Shown one piece after another: positions 40,518 to 50,760 of a stretch of DNA of 64,000 nucleotides (within the stretch, counting starts at the first letter, position 1; every line of letters starts with the position of its first letter). The translations under genes and the position numbers were made by a program. The notes under the pieces were generated by a model that did not search any database, was not told the DNA's origin, and was given only the letters and a program-made list of their open reading frames with translations. The DNA comes from Vulcanimicrobiota bacterium (lineage in GTDB: Bacteria; Vulcanimicrobiota; Vulcanimicrobiia; Vulcanimicrobiales; Vulcanimicrobiaceae), in the NCBI GenBank assembly GCA_963795855.1, contig CAWCIZ010000002.1, positions 480,001 to 544,000 on the forward strand, in the 5' to 3' direction.

Positions 40518-43064
40518 CTACTTACGTCGCAGGGTCAGCTCGACGCGCACGTGGTTGCCGTAACCCGGGACGTACTCGACGTCGAAGGCTTTGCTCAAGC
40601 GCCGCACGATGAAGAGCCCACGTCCCGACTCGCTGAGCAAGTCGTCCGGCAGATGCAAAGACGGCTTGAAAGCCGGACCGCGATCGAGCACGTGCAGCGT
40701 CGGAGCACCATTCGTCCACTCCACATCGATGTCGATCGCTCCGGGCGCGTGGCGCACCACGTTTCCCACCAATTCGCCGAAAACGAGTTCGGCCGTTTGA
40801 ATCGCGTCGCAGTCTTGCGCCACCGTGCGCAGATACGAGACGAACTCACCGCGCGCGTCTTGCGCCGCTTTCGCGTTCTCCGCGTCGAACGACCAGCGAA
40901 TTCCCGATTCGAACGAGATCGTAAGGACGGCGACGTCGTCCGAGACTGCGTTCCCCAGGCACGCTTCTTCGATGAAGCGCGCGGGGCGGTGCGTGTGCAG
41001 GAGCGCGTCACGCATGACGACCTCGTGTAAGCGGAGGTTTCCGCCGATCACGTCATGCCGCGATTCGGTCAAGCCGTCCGTGTACAGCACGAGCATGCGC
41101 GCATCCTCGAAATCGACGGTGCACGATTCTGCAGCGGGCGCTTCATGACGCAGTCCAAGCGGCAGTCCTTCCGCGTGCAACTCTTCGACGCTTCGATCCC
41201 GTCGCACCAACGGCGGCGGATGACCTGCATTCGCAAAGCGCATCGTCTTGCGATCCGCGGCGATGAACCCGAGAAACGCCGTCACGATGGTGTCGGGATA
41301 CCGTCTAGCCAGCACCGATTCCACGGTATCCAAAATGCGCGCGGGATCCCGCTCGTACGACGGAGCGATCGCGAGCAAATGTCGGACTTTTCCCATGATC
41401 ACGGCCGCATCCGCGCCGCGTCCGGTGACGTCGCCGGCGCTCACTACGGTGGTGCCGTCCTCGAGCTGGAAGGCGTCGTACCAATCGCCTCCGACTTGCG
41501 CTTCCGTCGCGCTGGGCAGGTAGACGGCGTCGAACGAGAGCCCTTCGACACGCGGCAGCGAGGGCGGCAGCAGCGAATCTTGAAGCGTTTCCGACATGCG
41601 GCGTTCGCGTTCGAACACGTCCGCGTTTTCCAGTGCCACGGATGCGTGACGCCCGATGTCGGCGAGCAGCGCAACGTCTTCGGAATCGAGTTCGCGACCG
41701 TTTTCCGCATAATACGCCACCAGAGCGCCCTGCGCTTTGCCGCGCGAGTGAAGCGGAACCGTAACGATCGCACGCGGCGCAAGGCCCGCAATCTCGTCTG
41801 AAAGATACGGCCACACGCTGCGCGTGAGCGAATCCGGCTTCACATGCGTCCCGACGAGCGGTTTGCGCGACTGGATGTCTTTCACGAAACGCCTCTCGGC
41901 GTCGCCGTGCATGACGCGAATGCCGACCAGCGAACGGACGACGTCGTCGAGCGCGGCGTCGCGGTGCGATGCGCCGACCAGCCGAACCGCGCTGTCATCC
42001 TCCACCCGGAACACGGCCGCCATGTCGGCGATTTCGGACGCGACGAGTTGCGTCAGGTTGCCGAACGCCGTCGTGAGGTCGAACGATTCGTACACCGCCT
42101 CTGCGGCACGGCCGACAAATTGAAGACGGCGCCGCTCGCGCCGCTCGCGGCCGAGAGCGAGCATGGCGTCGATCCGGGCGGCGGCGCGCGACGCCAGCAT
42201 CGCCAGCACGTCTACGTCGTTGCGGTCGAATTCCCGGTGCGATTCCGCCGAATACATGATCACGCCGCCGAACATTTCGCCGCCGTGCGTAAGCGGCGCG
42301 ACGATCGCGGAGTGCAATCCGAGCCCCTGCATGATCGCCAAATGATCTGCGTCGCGCGCGGAACGGCGCAACTGTTCGTTCGTAATTCTCGGAATCAGCA
42401 CGGGCTGCTGCGTACGCAGAATGGTGTCGAGAGAGTCGTCCGCGTTCACCGGGTACCGTTCGAGAAATTGCTCGATGTAGCGCACGCGCTTGGGGTCGCG
42501 GTGCGCAATCGCGGCCACCTTATACCGTTCGCGCCGATCGGTGAGCATCACGAAGCACCAATCCGCAAAGCGCTGCACCGCGATGCGGGCGAATTGACCG
42601 CTGACTTCTTCGACACTCTCGGCGTTCGCAAATACTCCGGACGTCTCGATGACGAAGTCGAGGTTCTCCGTAGCGCGTTTTTGCGCGTCGACGTCGGTTG
42701 CCGTTCCGATCCAGTGCACGATTGCGCCGCCGTCGCCGCGCACCGGTTTGGCGCGCGCGAGAAACCAGCAATAGGTTTCATCGCCGGCGCGCCGCAGGCG
42801 AAACTCCGCTTCAAAGGGACGGCCGGTATCGAGCGAATCTCGCCACCGCTCGAAGACTTCACCCAGGTCGTCGCCATAGACGAGCGCCGAGAGACCGCGA
42901 TCGAGGGCTTCGCTTTGCGACAAGCCGGTATAGGCGAGCATCGGCGCGCTGAAAAACACGATGCGGCCGTCGCCGCGAGCCAGCCAGACGAAATTCGGAA
43001 GCGCGTCGGCTATCGCACAAAAAGTTGCGCGATCATCCTCCAACGCCTTCGCCAGCGAGTTCAT
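40518..43064 (-). CDS. PAS-GAF-GAF-SpoIIE (PP2C) phosphatase with a C-terminal HATPase (RsbW-like) domain
   Basis: PAS/PAC (WIGTATD), two GAF domains, LQDSLLP, VGGDWYD, GDVTG, NAGHPPP, LYTDGL, DDVA, ELVGNVVRHA, ESGRGL. Confidence 0.9.
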   Translation of the reverse strand: MNSLAKALEDDRATFCAIADALPNFVWLARGDGRIVFFSAPMLAYTGLSQSEALDRGLSALVYGDDLGEVFERWRDSLDTGRPFEAEFRLRRAGDETYCWFLARAKPVRGDGGAIVHWIGTATDVDAQKRATENLDFVIETSGVFANAESVEEVSGQFARIAVQRFADWCFVMLTDRRERYKVAAIAHRDPKRVRYIEQFLERYPVNADDSLDTILRTQQPVLIPRITNEQLRRSARDADHLAIMQGLGLHSAIVAPLTHGGEMFGGVIMYSAESHREFDRNDVDVLAMLASRAAARIDAMLALGRERRERRRLQFVGRAAEAVYESFDLTTAFGNLTQLVASEIADMAAVFRVEDDSAVRLVGASHRDAALDDVVRSLVGIRVMHGDAERRFVKDIQSRKPLVGTHVKPDSLTRSVWPYLSDEIAGLAPRAIVTVPLHSRGKAQGALVAYYAENGRELDSEDVALLADIGRHASVALENADVFERERRMSETLQDSLLPPSLPRVEGLSFDAVYLPSATEAQVGGDWYDAFQLEDGTTVVSAGDVTGRGADAAVIMGKVRHLLAIAPSYERDPARILDTVESVLARRYPDTIVTAFLGFIAADRKTMRFANAGHPPPLVRRDRSVEELHAEGLPLGLRHEAPAAESCTVDFEDARMLVLYTDGLTESRHDVIGGNLRLHEVVMRDALLHTHRPARFIEEACLGNAVSDDVAVLTISFESGIRWSFDAENAKAAQDARGEFVSYLRTVAQDCDAIQTAELVFGELVGNVVRHAPGAIDIDVEWTNGAPTLHVLDRGPAFKPSLHLPDDLLSESGRGLFIVRRLSKAFDVEYVPGYGNHVRVELTLRRK

Positions 43065-43854
43065 TTCCAACTCCGACACTACTACTCCCGAGTGCAACGG
43101 AAATTAGCGGGCGCATATCGCCGATGAGTGACTGTACGTTCTCGCGGAAGCGCTCCCTGTCGCCGCTCGTCGTGCAGAGGAGTTCGGACGTGCCGGGCGG
43201 GATGCCGAGGTCGTCCACCAAGCGGGCAGCCCGTTGCGCATGCATTTGGGCCGGATCGACCAAGGCCACCTCCGAACCCAGGACCGCCCGAAAGTGCGTC
43301 TCGAGCAGCGGATAGTGCGTGCATGCCAATACCACCGCATCGACGTTGGGCGGCAGATGCGCGCACACGGCGGCCACGGCCCGGCGCGTTTCCGCTCCAT
43401 CCAACTTGCCCGCTTCAACGAGCGGCACGAGCGCCGGCGCGGCGATTTCGCTCACACGGGTTCCCGGCACGCGCTCGCCGATCGTCAGCGCGTAGGCGCC
43501 GCTGCGCGCGGTTGCGGCGGTCGCGATTACGCCGATGTTGCGATAGCCGCCGGCTTCTACTGCGATTGCCGCGGATTCGATGAGATCTAGAATAGGCGCG
43601 GCGGATGCAGGCCAGCCCAGCTCCGAAGCGGTGGCGCACGAGGTATTGCACGCCATGATGACGGCTTTCACGCCTGCCCCGTTCAACCGGTTCAGATTAC
43701 TTTCGGTTAGCGCGAGCAGCTCGCCCGGCGTTCGATCTCCGTACGGTACGTTGGCCTGATCCGCGAAGTACAGCAGGTCGTGAAGCGGCAGCAGCTCGCG
43801 CAAGCGGCGCACGACGGTGAGGCCGCCGAGGCCGGAATCGAAGACGCCGAGCAT
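43033..43854 (-). CDS. murI: Glutamate racemase
   Basis: FDSGLGGLTV, PYGDR, ACNTS, LACTHYP. Confidence 0.95.
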   Translation of the reverse strand: MLGVFDSGLGGLTVVRRLRELLPLHDLLYFADQANVPYGDRTPGELLALTESNLNRLNGAGVKAVIMACNTSCATASELGWPASAAPILDLIESAAIAVEAGGYRNIGVIATAATARSGAYALTIGERVPGTRVSEIAAPALVPLVEAGKLDGAETRRAVAAVCAHLPPNVDAVVLACTHYPLLETHFRAVLGSEVALVDPAQMHAQRAARLVDDLGIPPGTSELLCTTSGDRERFRENVQSLIGDMRPLISVALGSSSVGVGNELAGEGVGG

Positions 43855-45716
43855 TACTGACCGCTCGCGCTCGACGCGGGCGGAGGAGAACCGGCAAAAT
43901 CGCCGATGCCGTCGGCGATCGCCTGCGCCATCTGCTGGCGCCATTGCGGCGATTGCAGCAGCGCGCGATCGTCGGGATTCGAAACGAAAGCCGTTTCGAT
44001 CAGCGTCGCGGGCATGTCGGCGTGATGCACGACGTACAACTTCTCCTTGACGACGCCGTCGTTCTTGAGATCCAGTTCGCTGCCGATACGTCTATCGACG
44101 GCTTGCGCGAGCGCCAAATCATTCGGTTTATAGTAGAACACGGTCGCGCCGTGCGGTCCCGCGTTCATGAACGCGTTGACGTGCACGCTGACGAACAGCC
44201 GAGCACCGTTGTGATTCGCTACGTCGTCGCGCGCTTGAAGTTCGTCGTTAGCCGAATCGTTGGGCGCATAGACGTCGCGATCGGTTTCACGCGTCATCAT
44301 CACCAGCCATCCGCGCGCAGTTAGAATGTCGCGCAAGCGCTTCGAGATGTCGAGCGTCAGCGTCTTCTCGACCGCGTCGCCGCGATACGATCCCGGATCG
44401 CTGCCGCCGTGGCCGGGATCGATGACGATGAGGCGCGGATTCGCCGCCACGTACGGGCTTGAAGTGGGACGCGGCGAGAATTTCCACGGGCCGGGAGCGG
44501 GCGAAACGGCGGCGACGGCGTTCTCTCCGGTCATTCCCGAGCCGCTGCGCGCAACGCCGTTGTCCGCAACGGTCGTATTGACGGTAATGACGATGCCGCT
44601 TTCGTCCGGCGTGACGTCGATTTCATTGAAGTCTTCGAGTGAAAGCGCGATGCGCACGGTGTCGGGGCTCTGCTGATGCACCCGCATCGACGTAACCGGT
44701 CCGCTGCCGGGCTCGTTCGCCGGCGGCACGGCGAGCCGCGCGCCGTGCACGTCCAGCCAGAACCGGTTGTCGGGAGGACGCAAACGGTGCCAATCGTACG
44801 TCGCGTTGCCGCTGACGGCGATACGGATCACTTGTGCGCCGTTCTGTTCTGCGCTTTCGACGCCGGTCACTTGCACCGGCGCCGTGGTTTGCGTTGCGGT
44901 AGGGGACGGCGGCGCCGTTTCGCTGGTTTCGGGCGGCGGAGCCTGTGCGATCGGCTGCGCGCTCGCCGCGCCGTTGAATCCGATCGTGAAGTCGCGCTGG
45001 TCGTCCGTGCCCGGCGCGGAGTGCGTGGTTCCCGGCGTAAGAATCAGCGTAACTTGCGTCTGCGGATGCGTTACGGTTCCCGACGTACGAACGTCGATGC
45101 GCTGCACCGGACCTCCGCCGACGATCCGCGTTGGCGGAAGCGTGCTCCCCAATCCGTCGAACGCGATCGTCAGTTTGTTCGGCGCGTCGGACGTCACCCG
45201 CGCGTCGATCGGTTCCCCGGCATGTGCGACGAGTTTCGCGCCTTGCGGACTGCTCTGCACGTCGATCGACGTGAGCTGCGGCTGAAGCACCAGCTGCGTG
45301 CCGTTGGATTTGACGGCGTATTCAAGGCCGTGCAGCAATTCGTCGAGCGGAACGTACGGACGCCCGTCGAGTAAAAACGGTGCAAACGGCGCCGATTCGG
45401 TTACCGGGCCGACATCGTACCGGGTATCGCCGAGCGAAAACGAGATCACGGCCGGCTCCGCCGACGTGACGAGCACATACCGCTCGCCCGGCTGCCAAGT
45501 AAGCGTTGCGCCGATTCGGCTGAGCAGCGTCGCGACGCCCGGATCGTCTATGGCAACGGCGCGCGAAGCATTTTGCGTGCGTACGTGAGTCAGGACGATG
45601 GGCCGGCCGTCGAGATGCAGCGTAAGCCGATCGTCGGCACGCGCAGGCGCGCTCGGAAGTGCGAGCGCGGCCAGCAGCGCTAAAACGCTACCAATCCGAA
45701 CGGCGTAAAGGCTCAT
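43854..45716 (-). CDS. N-acetylmuramoyl-L-alanine amidase (Amidase_3) with AMIN-like domains
   Basis: IDPGHGGSDPG, EKTLTL, FVSVHVN, PATLIETAFVSN. Confidence 0.9.
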   Translation of the reverse strand: MSLYAVRIGSVLALLAALALPSAPARADDRLTLHLDGRPIVLTHVRTQNASRAVAIDDPGVATLLSRIGATLTWQPGERYVLVTSAEPAVISFSLGDTRYDVGPVTESAPFAPFLLDGRPYVPLDELLHGLEYAVKSNGTQLVLQPQLTSIDVQSSPQGAKLVAHAGEPIDARVTSDAPNKLTIAFDGLGSTLPPTRIVGGGPVQRIDVRTSGTVTHPQTQVTLILTPGTTHSAPGTDDQRDFTIGFNGAASAQPIAQAPPPETSETAPPSPTATQTTAPVQVTGVESAEQNGAQVIRIAVSGNATYDWHRLRPPDNRFWLDVHGARLAVPPANEPGSGPVTSMRVHQQSPDTVRIALSLEDFNEIDVTPDESGIVITVNTTVADNGVARSGSGMTGENAVAAVSPAPGPWKFSPRPTSSPYVAANPRLIVIDPGHGGSDPGSYRGDAVEKTLTLDISKRLRDILTARGWLVMMTRETDRDVYAPNDSANDELQARDDVANHNGARLFVSVHVNAFMNAGPHGATVFYYKPNDLALAQAVDRRIGSELDLKNDGVVKEKLYVVHHADMPATLIETAFVSNPDDRALLQSPQWRQQMAQAIADGIGDFAGSPPPASSASGQ

Positions 45717-46209
45717 CAAGTTCAAGGTGCCCCCCCGGGAGCGTACTCAGCGTTTGTCCTTGCACGCGAACGGCTACGCGATCGATCCCCGGCAGCGCCG
45801 TCAGCGTCCACACCAGCGATTTGAAGGCCCCGCTTTCGTCGAGCACTCCACCCGTCTGGTTTTTGACCTCACTTGAAAGATCGACCGTTGCGGTCGAATC
45901 GTTAACGTCCGCCGAGACCACATGCGTTCCCGTTGGAAAACGGACGGAAGGCACGGTGCTCGGCGGCCCCGCGACGGCCTGCGTCGCGGCGTAAAGAACG
46001 GCGTTGCGAAGATGCTCGGCGGCGCTTTCACCGGCTTCTCGAGGACGCATCGAAACGGTCCACGGAATCTCGCTCGAACCGTCGGGCTTCGTGTAGTACA
46101 CCGTGATGTGCTCGCCCACGGGACTGCCCCGATGCGACGCGATATACCACGACACGCCCGCCACGATAACGAGCACCACGATCCAGAAAAAAGCCCGTGA
46201 CGTTCTCAC
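45688..46209 (-). CDS. GerMN domain protein
   Basis: N-terminal TM; AGP...FPTGTHV...ATVDLS...LVWTLT..PGIDRV. Confidence 0.82.
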   Translation of the reverse strand: MRTSRAFFWIVVLVIVAGVSWYIASHRGSPVGEHITVYYTKPDGSSEIPWTVSMRPREAGESAAEHLRNAVLYAATQAVAGPPSTVPSVRFPTGTHVVSADVNDSTATVDLSSEVKNQTGGVLDESGAFKSLVWTLTALPGIDRVAVRVQGQTLSTLPGGHLELDEPLRRSDW

Positions 46210-46376
46210 GGACGCAAAACTTCGGCGAATGCGCGCGCGCGGCCTTTACTCGCCCGCCGTGCGCTCCCGATCGTCACGCCGGGTTTGTTCTTCCGCTCGG
46301 CGCAGCACATCCGAAACGTAGTTGTCGATGATGACCGTGATCTGCAGCATCGAACGCGCAATGGTGCGGGCCGGCT

Positions 46377-46748
46377 TTACCCGTGCAGCGTGAGCGGGTA
46401 CCGGAAATACAGCTGCGTTCCGTACCAAATGGTCAGGACGACGAAGACGAACCCGAGCAGGCTCATGCCGACGGCTGCCGCCACGTTTTTCGGCGAGCGG
46501 TCGTAGATGCGCCGGCCCGCGATGTACGCGAACAAGGCGATCAACGCGCCGAGGATGTGGATCCACAGCGTGCGCGGCAGCGGAACGCGCGCGGCGCCCG
46601 CCCACGCGGCGACGACGATACCGATGAGGATTTGCAGGCCGATGACGCCGGACATCGTGCGGCGCCCCATCTGCACCCATCCGACGAACAAAGCCACCAG
46701 TAAAACGAAAAAGGCAAAACCGAAATGCACTTCAAGCGCGATGTTCAT
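46377..46748 (-). CDS. Hypothetical membrane protein
   Basis: Four hydrophobic segments; SD-like GAAGG. Confidence 0.65.
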   Translation of the reverse strand: MNIALEVHFGFAFFVLLVALFVGWVQMGRRTMSGVIGLQILIGIVVAAWAGAARVPLPRTLWIHILGALIALFAYIAGRRIYDRSPKNVAAAVGMSLLGFVFVVLTIWYGTQLYFRYPLTLHG

Positions 46749-46806
46749 ACGTTCGCCTTCGACGGGGCGGATTGCGCAACCGCTAACTTTGTGGTACAAA
46801 GTTTGT

Positions 46807-47364
46807 ATGAAGTTTGCGGGTTGGCTCGCCGTGGCGGCGATTTGCCTTGTCGTTCTCATCGCCGGCGCCGAAGCGGCGCTTGTCTTCGGGCGTCCGCCTC
46901 AGCCGCTTCCGCTCGGTACCGTGCAATGGTTTTACGAAGTCGGCACGACCGTCGACAGCGTCGACCGCGCGGAAGAGATCGGCGCCGGCGCTCACGCGCT
47001 GCGCGCGAAGGGAATCTTCTACATCGTTCACGCGCGCATAATCGCGCCGTTCGGGCTGCGCCCGACGTGGCACGACAGCGACGTCGCGGTGGAAACCTTC
47101 GCGCACACCGGCGCGACGATGCCGCCGCAAACGTTTACCGTCGACGAACCCGCACAAGCGGTGCTCGACCGTCAAACCGGACGTCCGGGACCGGAGCATT
47201 TAGTTCGCGGCGCTCAGCAGCACGAAGATCTCGTCTTCGATCTTCCGCGGAACGTCGAGCAGCCCGCGCTGGTGTTTTTGCCGGCAAACGATCCGACGGC
47301 GATGCTGGACATCGTCTTCTTGCACTTTTGGCAGCCGCACCGCTTCAATCTGCGGTACGACTGA
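46807..47364 (+). CDS. Hypothetical membrane-anchored protein
   Basis: N-terminal TM; LVFDLP motif; -10-like TGGTACAAA just upstream. Confidence 0.6.
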   Translation: MKFAGWLAVAAICLVVLIAGAEAALVFGRPPQPLPLGTVQWFYEVGTTVDSVDRAEEIGAGAHALRAKGIFYIVHARIIAPFGLRPTWHDSDVAVETFAHTGATMPPQTFTVDEPAQAVLDRQTGRPGPEHLVRGAQQHEDLVFDLPRNVEQPALVFLPANDPTAMLDIVFLHFWQPHRFNLRYD

Positions 47365-47378
47365 CGGCATGCAGCCGG

Positions 47379-48236
47379 CTATCGATCGCGCGTAACTTCA
47401 GCCGGTGTAATCGTCGGGCCGTTATTGCCCCAGGACGTGCGCTCGTGATCGACGACGGCCGCGATTTGCGCGTCGCTCAATTGCGGACCGAACGCGGGCA
47501 TCTGCGCCGCAAAAACTTTTCCACCGATCGATTTGCCGGAAAGGCCGTGAATCACGATTTTCACGTGCGCGTCGGCATCACTGCCGTTCACGATGGGATC
47601 GCCCGCGAGCGCCGGAAATACGCCCGGCGTTCCGGCCCCCGCTTCGCCGTGGCAAGACGCGCAGTTTTGCGAATACACTTGCGCGCCCAAAGCGGAGTAA
47701 TCGAAGCCCGCGACGTTCTTGCTGCCGGCAGCGGCGTTTGCAGCAACGGGTGCGGCGGTTTGCGATCCGGTTTGAGTCGCGGGACCGACTGCGGCTGCAA
47801 TCGTCGGGTTCGGCGCGTAGGTCGGCGTTTGCGCAAATGCCGCCGGCGTCGGAAAGAACTCTAGGCCGTACCACATCGCCCAGACGCCGATGATCACGAT
47901 CAGCACCCACGTCCAAACCGGAATCGGACCGGGCGATTCGGCGCGAACGGGATCGAACGGCTCTTCGGCGCTGAACGCATTGACGTCGAGATCGATCGCG
48001 CCGCGAACTCGCGACCCCGCGCGCAAGCCGGTAACCGTTATTCCGGGCCCGTTCGAGACCACGAACGGAATCTTGCGCACGCCGACGCTTCCCACGGCGT
48101 CGACCGCTTCGATGCGCAGCACGTGTTCGCCGTCCGGGAAAGCGCGCGTATCCAAGTGCACGCGCGCGGGCGGCCGGTACGACGCAATCGGCGTATCGGA
48201 ATCGTCGAGATAGACGCGGACTTGCACCGGGTCCAT
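47379..48236 (-). CDS. Monoheme cytochrome c with an N-terminal Ig-like domain and a TM anchor
   Basis: CASCH, FPALAG, QMPAF, HERTSWGN; beta-rich N-terminus DGEHVLRIEAVD. Confidence 0.85.
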   Translation of the reverse strand: MDPVQVRVYLDDSDTPIASYRPPARVHLDTRAFPDGEHVLRIEAVDAVGSVGVRKIPFVVSNGPGITVTGLRAGSRVRGAIDLDVNAFSAEEPFDPVRAESPGPIPVWTWVLIVIIGVWAMWYGLEFFPTPAAFAQTPTYAPNPTIAAAVGPATQTGSQTAAPVAANAAAGSKNVAGFDYSALGAQVYSQNCASCHGEAGAGTPGVFPALAGDPIVNGSDADAHVKIVIHGLSGKSIGGKVFAAQMPAFGPQLSDAQIAAVVDHERTSWGNNGPTITPAEVTRDR

Positions 48237-48373
48237 CAGCGGTCGCTCCGCAGCACGATGCGCTTGGGATGATCCGGTTCGGTTTCGCCGGGCCGAATCG
48301 TCCAATACACGGCGGCGCAAACCGTCCACAGCGTGGCGAGTGTGCCGGCTGCCACGATGATCGTTCCAATCAT
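48236..48373 (-). CDS. 45-aa single-TM CcoQ/CcoS-like peptide (not in ORF track)
   Basis: MIGTIIVAAGTLATLWTVCAAVYWTIRPGETEPDHPKRIVLRSDR; ATGA and TGATG coupling on both sides. Confidence 0.7.
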   Translation of the reverse strand: MIGTIIVAAGTLATLWTVCAAVYWTIRPGETEPDHPKRIVLRSDR

Positions 48374-48954
48374 TTACCGGTGCCGGCTCCCAGCGGCGCC
48401 TGCTTGAGCGATTTCAAATACGCGACCAAATCTTGTGCTTGCTGCGTCGCGACGATCGTGCCGCCGTTCGGACCGAAGCCTGGCGGCACGGGCACGGTCA
48501 CGTCGCCGGCGCCCGCAGTCTTCTTGACGGCGAACAGCCAGCTGTATCGCGGCATGATCGACTCGTGGACGACCGCGCGCGGATCCCACAAATGAATGTA
48601 TTGCCACACGTCGCTCGGCTGGCGCAAGCCGATGTTGCTCAAGTCCGGGCCCGTGCGTTCGGTGCCGAGCAGCTGCGGCGTATCGTACACGTAATCGCCG
48701 CCGACGGACGGGCGGCCGAAGACTTTGTCTTGTATGAGCGGCCGCACGTTCTGCGTATGGCAATACGAACAGCCCTCACTCACGTACACCGCGCGGCCGC
48801 GAGCCTGCTGCGGCGTGAGCGGATGAACGCCGGCCAGGGGTTGTTCGTGCGAAAGCACGCTGCCCGGTATCACGCCCATGAGTATGCAGAAGCATCCATA
48901 AATGAGGGCGGCCGAGGCGACCAGGGTCCAGACGTTGTTCATCCCGCGGTTCAT
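48370..48954 (-). CDS. ccoO: cbb3-type oxidase subunit II-like cytochrome c
   Basis: GRAVYVSEGCSYCHTQ, RTGPDL, HLWDPR, SIMP. Confidence 0.85.
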   Translation of the reverse strand: MNRGMNNVWTLVASAALIYGCFCILMGVIPGSVLSHEQPLAGVHPLTPQQARGRAVYVSEGCSYCHTQNVRPLIQDKVFGRPSVGGDYVYDTPQLLGTERTGPDLSNIGLRQPSDVWQYIHLWDPRAVVHESIMPRYSWLFAVKKTAGAGDVTVPVPPGFGPNGGTIVATQQAQDLVAYLKSLKQAPLGAGTGK

Positions 48955-50351
48955 GCGGACACCGACTGCGGCATCCGCTCGTACTTCAACGTCTCAGGGC
49001 GCGGCGAGACGGTCATCAGATACACGTTATACGCAAAAATGAGGTGCGAGGCGAACATCGCGATTCCGGCAACCGCTCGCCCTAGCCAATACGGTGCCGC
49101 CGCCTCGACCGACGCGATGAACGGGTTGCCGGACGCCCACGCCAGGCCTTGCTCCGTGCCGCCGACCGAGAGAAAGACGACGTACGCCGTGACGCCGACC
49201 GTCGCGAGCCAGAAATGCAATCCGGTCGCAATTGCGGATGGGCGCTTTCCCGTTGCGCGCGGCAGCAGCGCGTAGATCGCGCCCCAGGCGATAAAGGTGA
49301 TGAACCCGTACATCGTCGCGTGCGAGTGGCCGACGGTGTAACTGGTCAGATGCCAAATCGCCTGCAAACTGCGAAACGCCTCGACCGTTCCTTGCGTGGA
49401 ACCCAAAAGATAGTACGCGACGCCCACGACGAAAAACGGCAGCGCATACGATCGGCGCACGGTTTCCCACGAGTACCGCATCGTTAGAAAGAAATTTCCC
49501 GAGCCCGCCCACACCGGCACGAGCATACCGACGCTGAAAACGATCGCGAGCGTTTGGAACCACCAGGGCAGCGGCGTAAATTCGTAGTGATGCGCGCCGA
49601 TCACCGGATAAAAAACGAGATTCGTCCAAAAACCGAGCACGCCGAGCGCATAGGAGTAAATCGGCCGGTTCAGCAGCTTCGGCAGCGCATAATAGGTGAC
49701 GCCGAGCGCGAGGAACGTGAACCACATGCCCACCGCGTTGTGCATGAAGAACGCCTGCACGGCGACTTGCCCCATTCCGTACTGATACGTCGGGACGTAC
49801 GCGGTAATGCCTAAAAGCAGCGTGAAGATGAACGCGCCGATGGTGTACCAATTCGAGATGTAGAGTTCGCGCTCGATGCGGCGGGCAGCGGTGCCGAGAA
49901 GCGCAACGAACGCGCATGCGAGCGCCGCAACGAAGATCAGGATCACCCACCACACCCACTCGCGATACTCTTGATCGCCGTGGTTTACGCCGAGATCCAG
50001 CGTGACCGTCCCGCAAATAGCCGCGAGATTGAACAGCGCTAAACCAGCCCAGGCAAAACGTTTGTTCTGAACCGGAATACCCGACGTTCGAGCGGCGACG
50101 TAGAGCGCGGCGCCCGTCAGCGCGACCGACGCCCAACCGTAAAATGCGTCGTTGGTGTGAATCGCGCGCAGCCGCCCGAACGAGAGATACGGGCTGGTCG
50201 CCCAATCCGGATACGGAAACTTGAAACTCAGCAGCAAACCAACGGCGGTGCTGAGCAGCAGCCAAAACGTCGCCGACAGCGTGAAGGAACTGAAGAGTGC
50301 ACTGTCTTCGGGTTCCACGTTGTCACGAAGAAGCTCCACCGAGACGCTCAC
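48951..50351 (-). CDS. ccoN: cbb3-type (C-family) heme-copper oxidase subunit I-like protein
   Basis: FGRLRAIHTN, EYRE, HNAVG, FYPVIGAHH, GHSH. Confidence 0.85.
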   Translation of the reverse strand: MSVSVELLRDNVEPEDSALFSSFTLSATFWLLLSTAVGLLLSFKFPYPDWATSPYLSFGRLRAIHTNDAFYGWASVALTGAALYVAARTSGIPVQNKRFAWAGLALFNLAAICGTVTLDLGVNHGDQEYREWVWWVILIFVAALACAFVALLGTAARRIERELYISNWYTIGAFIFTLLLGITAYVPTYQYGMGQVAVQAFFMHNAVGMWFTFLALGVTYYALPKLLNRPIYSYALGVLGFWTNLVFYPVIGAHHYEFTPLPWWFQTLAIVFSVGMLVPVWAGSGNFFLTMRYSWETVRRSYALPFFVVGVAYYLLGSTQGTVEAFRSLQAIWHLTSYTVGHSHATMYGFITFIAWGAIYALLPRATGKRPSAIATGLHFWLATVGVTAYVVFLSVGGTEQGLAWASGNPFIASVEAAAPYWLGRAVAGIAMFASHLIFAYNVYLMTVSPRPETLKYERMPQSVSA

Positions 50352-50416
50352 TGCACGCGTTGTGCCCGGCAGAACTGCTAACTACGCGGCACCCGCCCGC
50401 CCGCTTCGGCGGACGG

Positions 50417-50713
50417 CTACGCTTTTCGAAGCTTGTAACCGACGCCGTACACCGTCACGATGTACGTCGGATCGTCGGGCTTGGGTTCGATCTTGCGGCG
50501 CAGATTGTTGATGTGCCGGTCGAGGGTGCGCTCGAAGATGCCGCCGTCGTCGTGCACCAAATCGAGAATCTGCGAGCGCGTAAGCACTTGACCGGCGTTT
50601 TGCAGGAGCACGCTGAGAATGCGAAACTCGGCGGGCGTTACCCCGACCAACTGCCCGTTGACGCGCACTTCATGCGCGCCTTCGTCAATCTCCAAGTCGC
50701 GAATGCGGCTCAT
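50417..50713 (-). CDS. Stand-alone OmpR/PhoB winged-helix DNA-binding protein
   Basis: TPAEF, RTLDRHINNLRRKIE, IVTVYGVGY; no receiver domain. Confidence 0.85.
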   Translation of the reverse strand: MSRIRDLEIDEGAHEVRVNGQLVGVTPAEFRILSVLLQNAGQVLTRSQILDLVHDDGGIFERTLDRHINNLRRKIEPKPDDPTYIVTVYGVGYKLRKA

Positions 50714-50760
50714 CAGCGGATAGATTAACCGCCTTCGCCGGAAAATCCGCCGCGGAAAAA

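Noticed and set aside
46246..46350. 34-aa ORF MLQITVIIDNYVSDVLRRAEEQ...
   Set aside because: Plausible but has no SD or recognisable motif; insufficient support
48951..50351. Nitric oxide reductase (NorB) call
   Set aside because: No HLWVEG-type Glu, and the cbb3-type Tyr before the HH pair is retained
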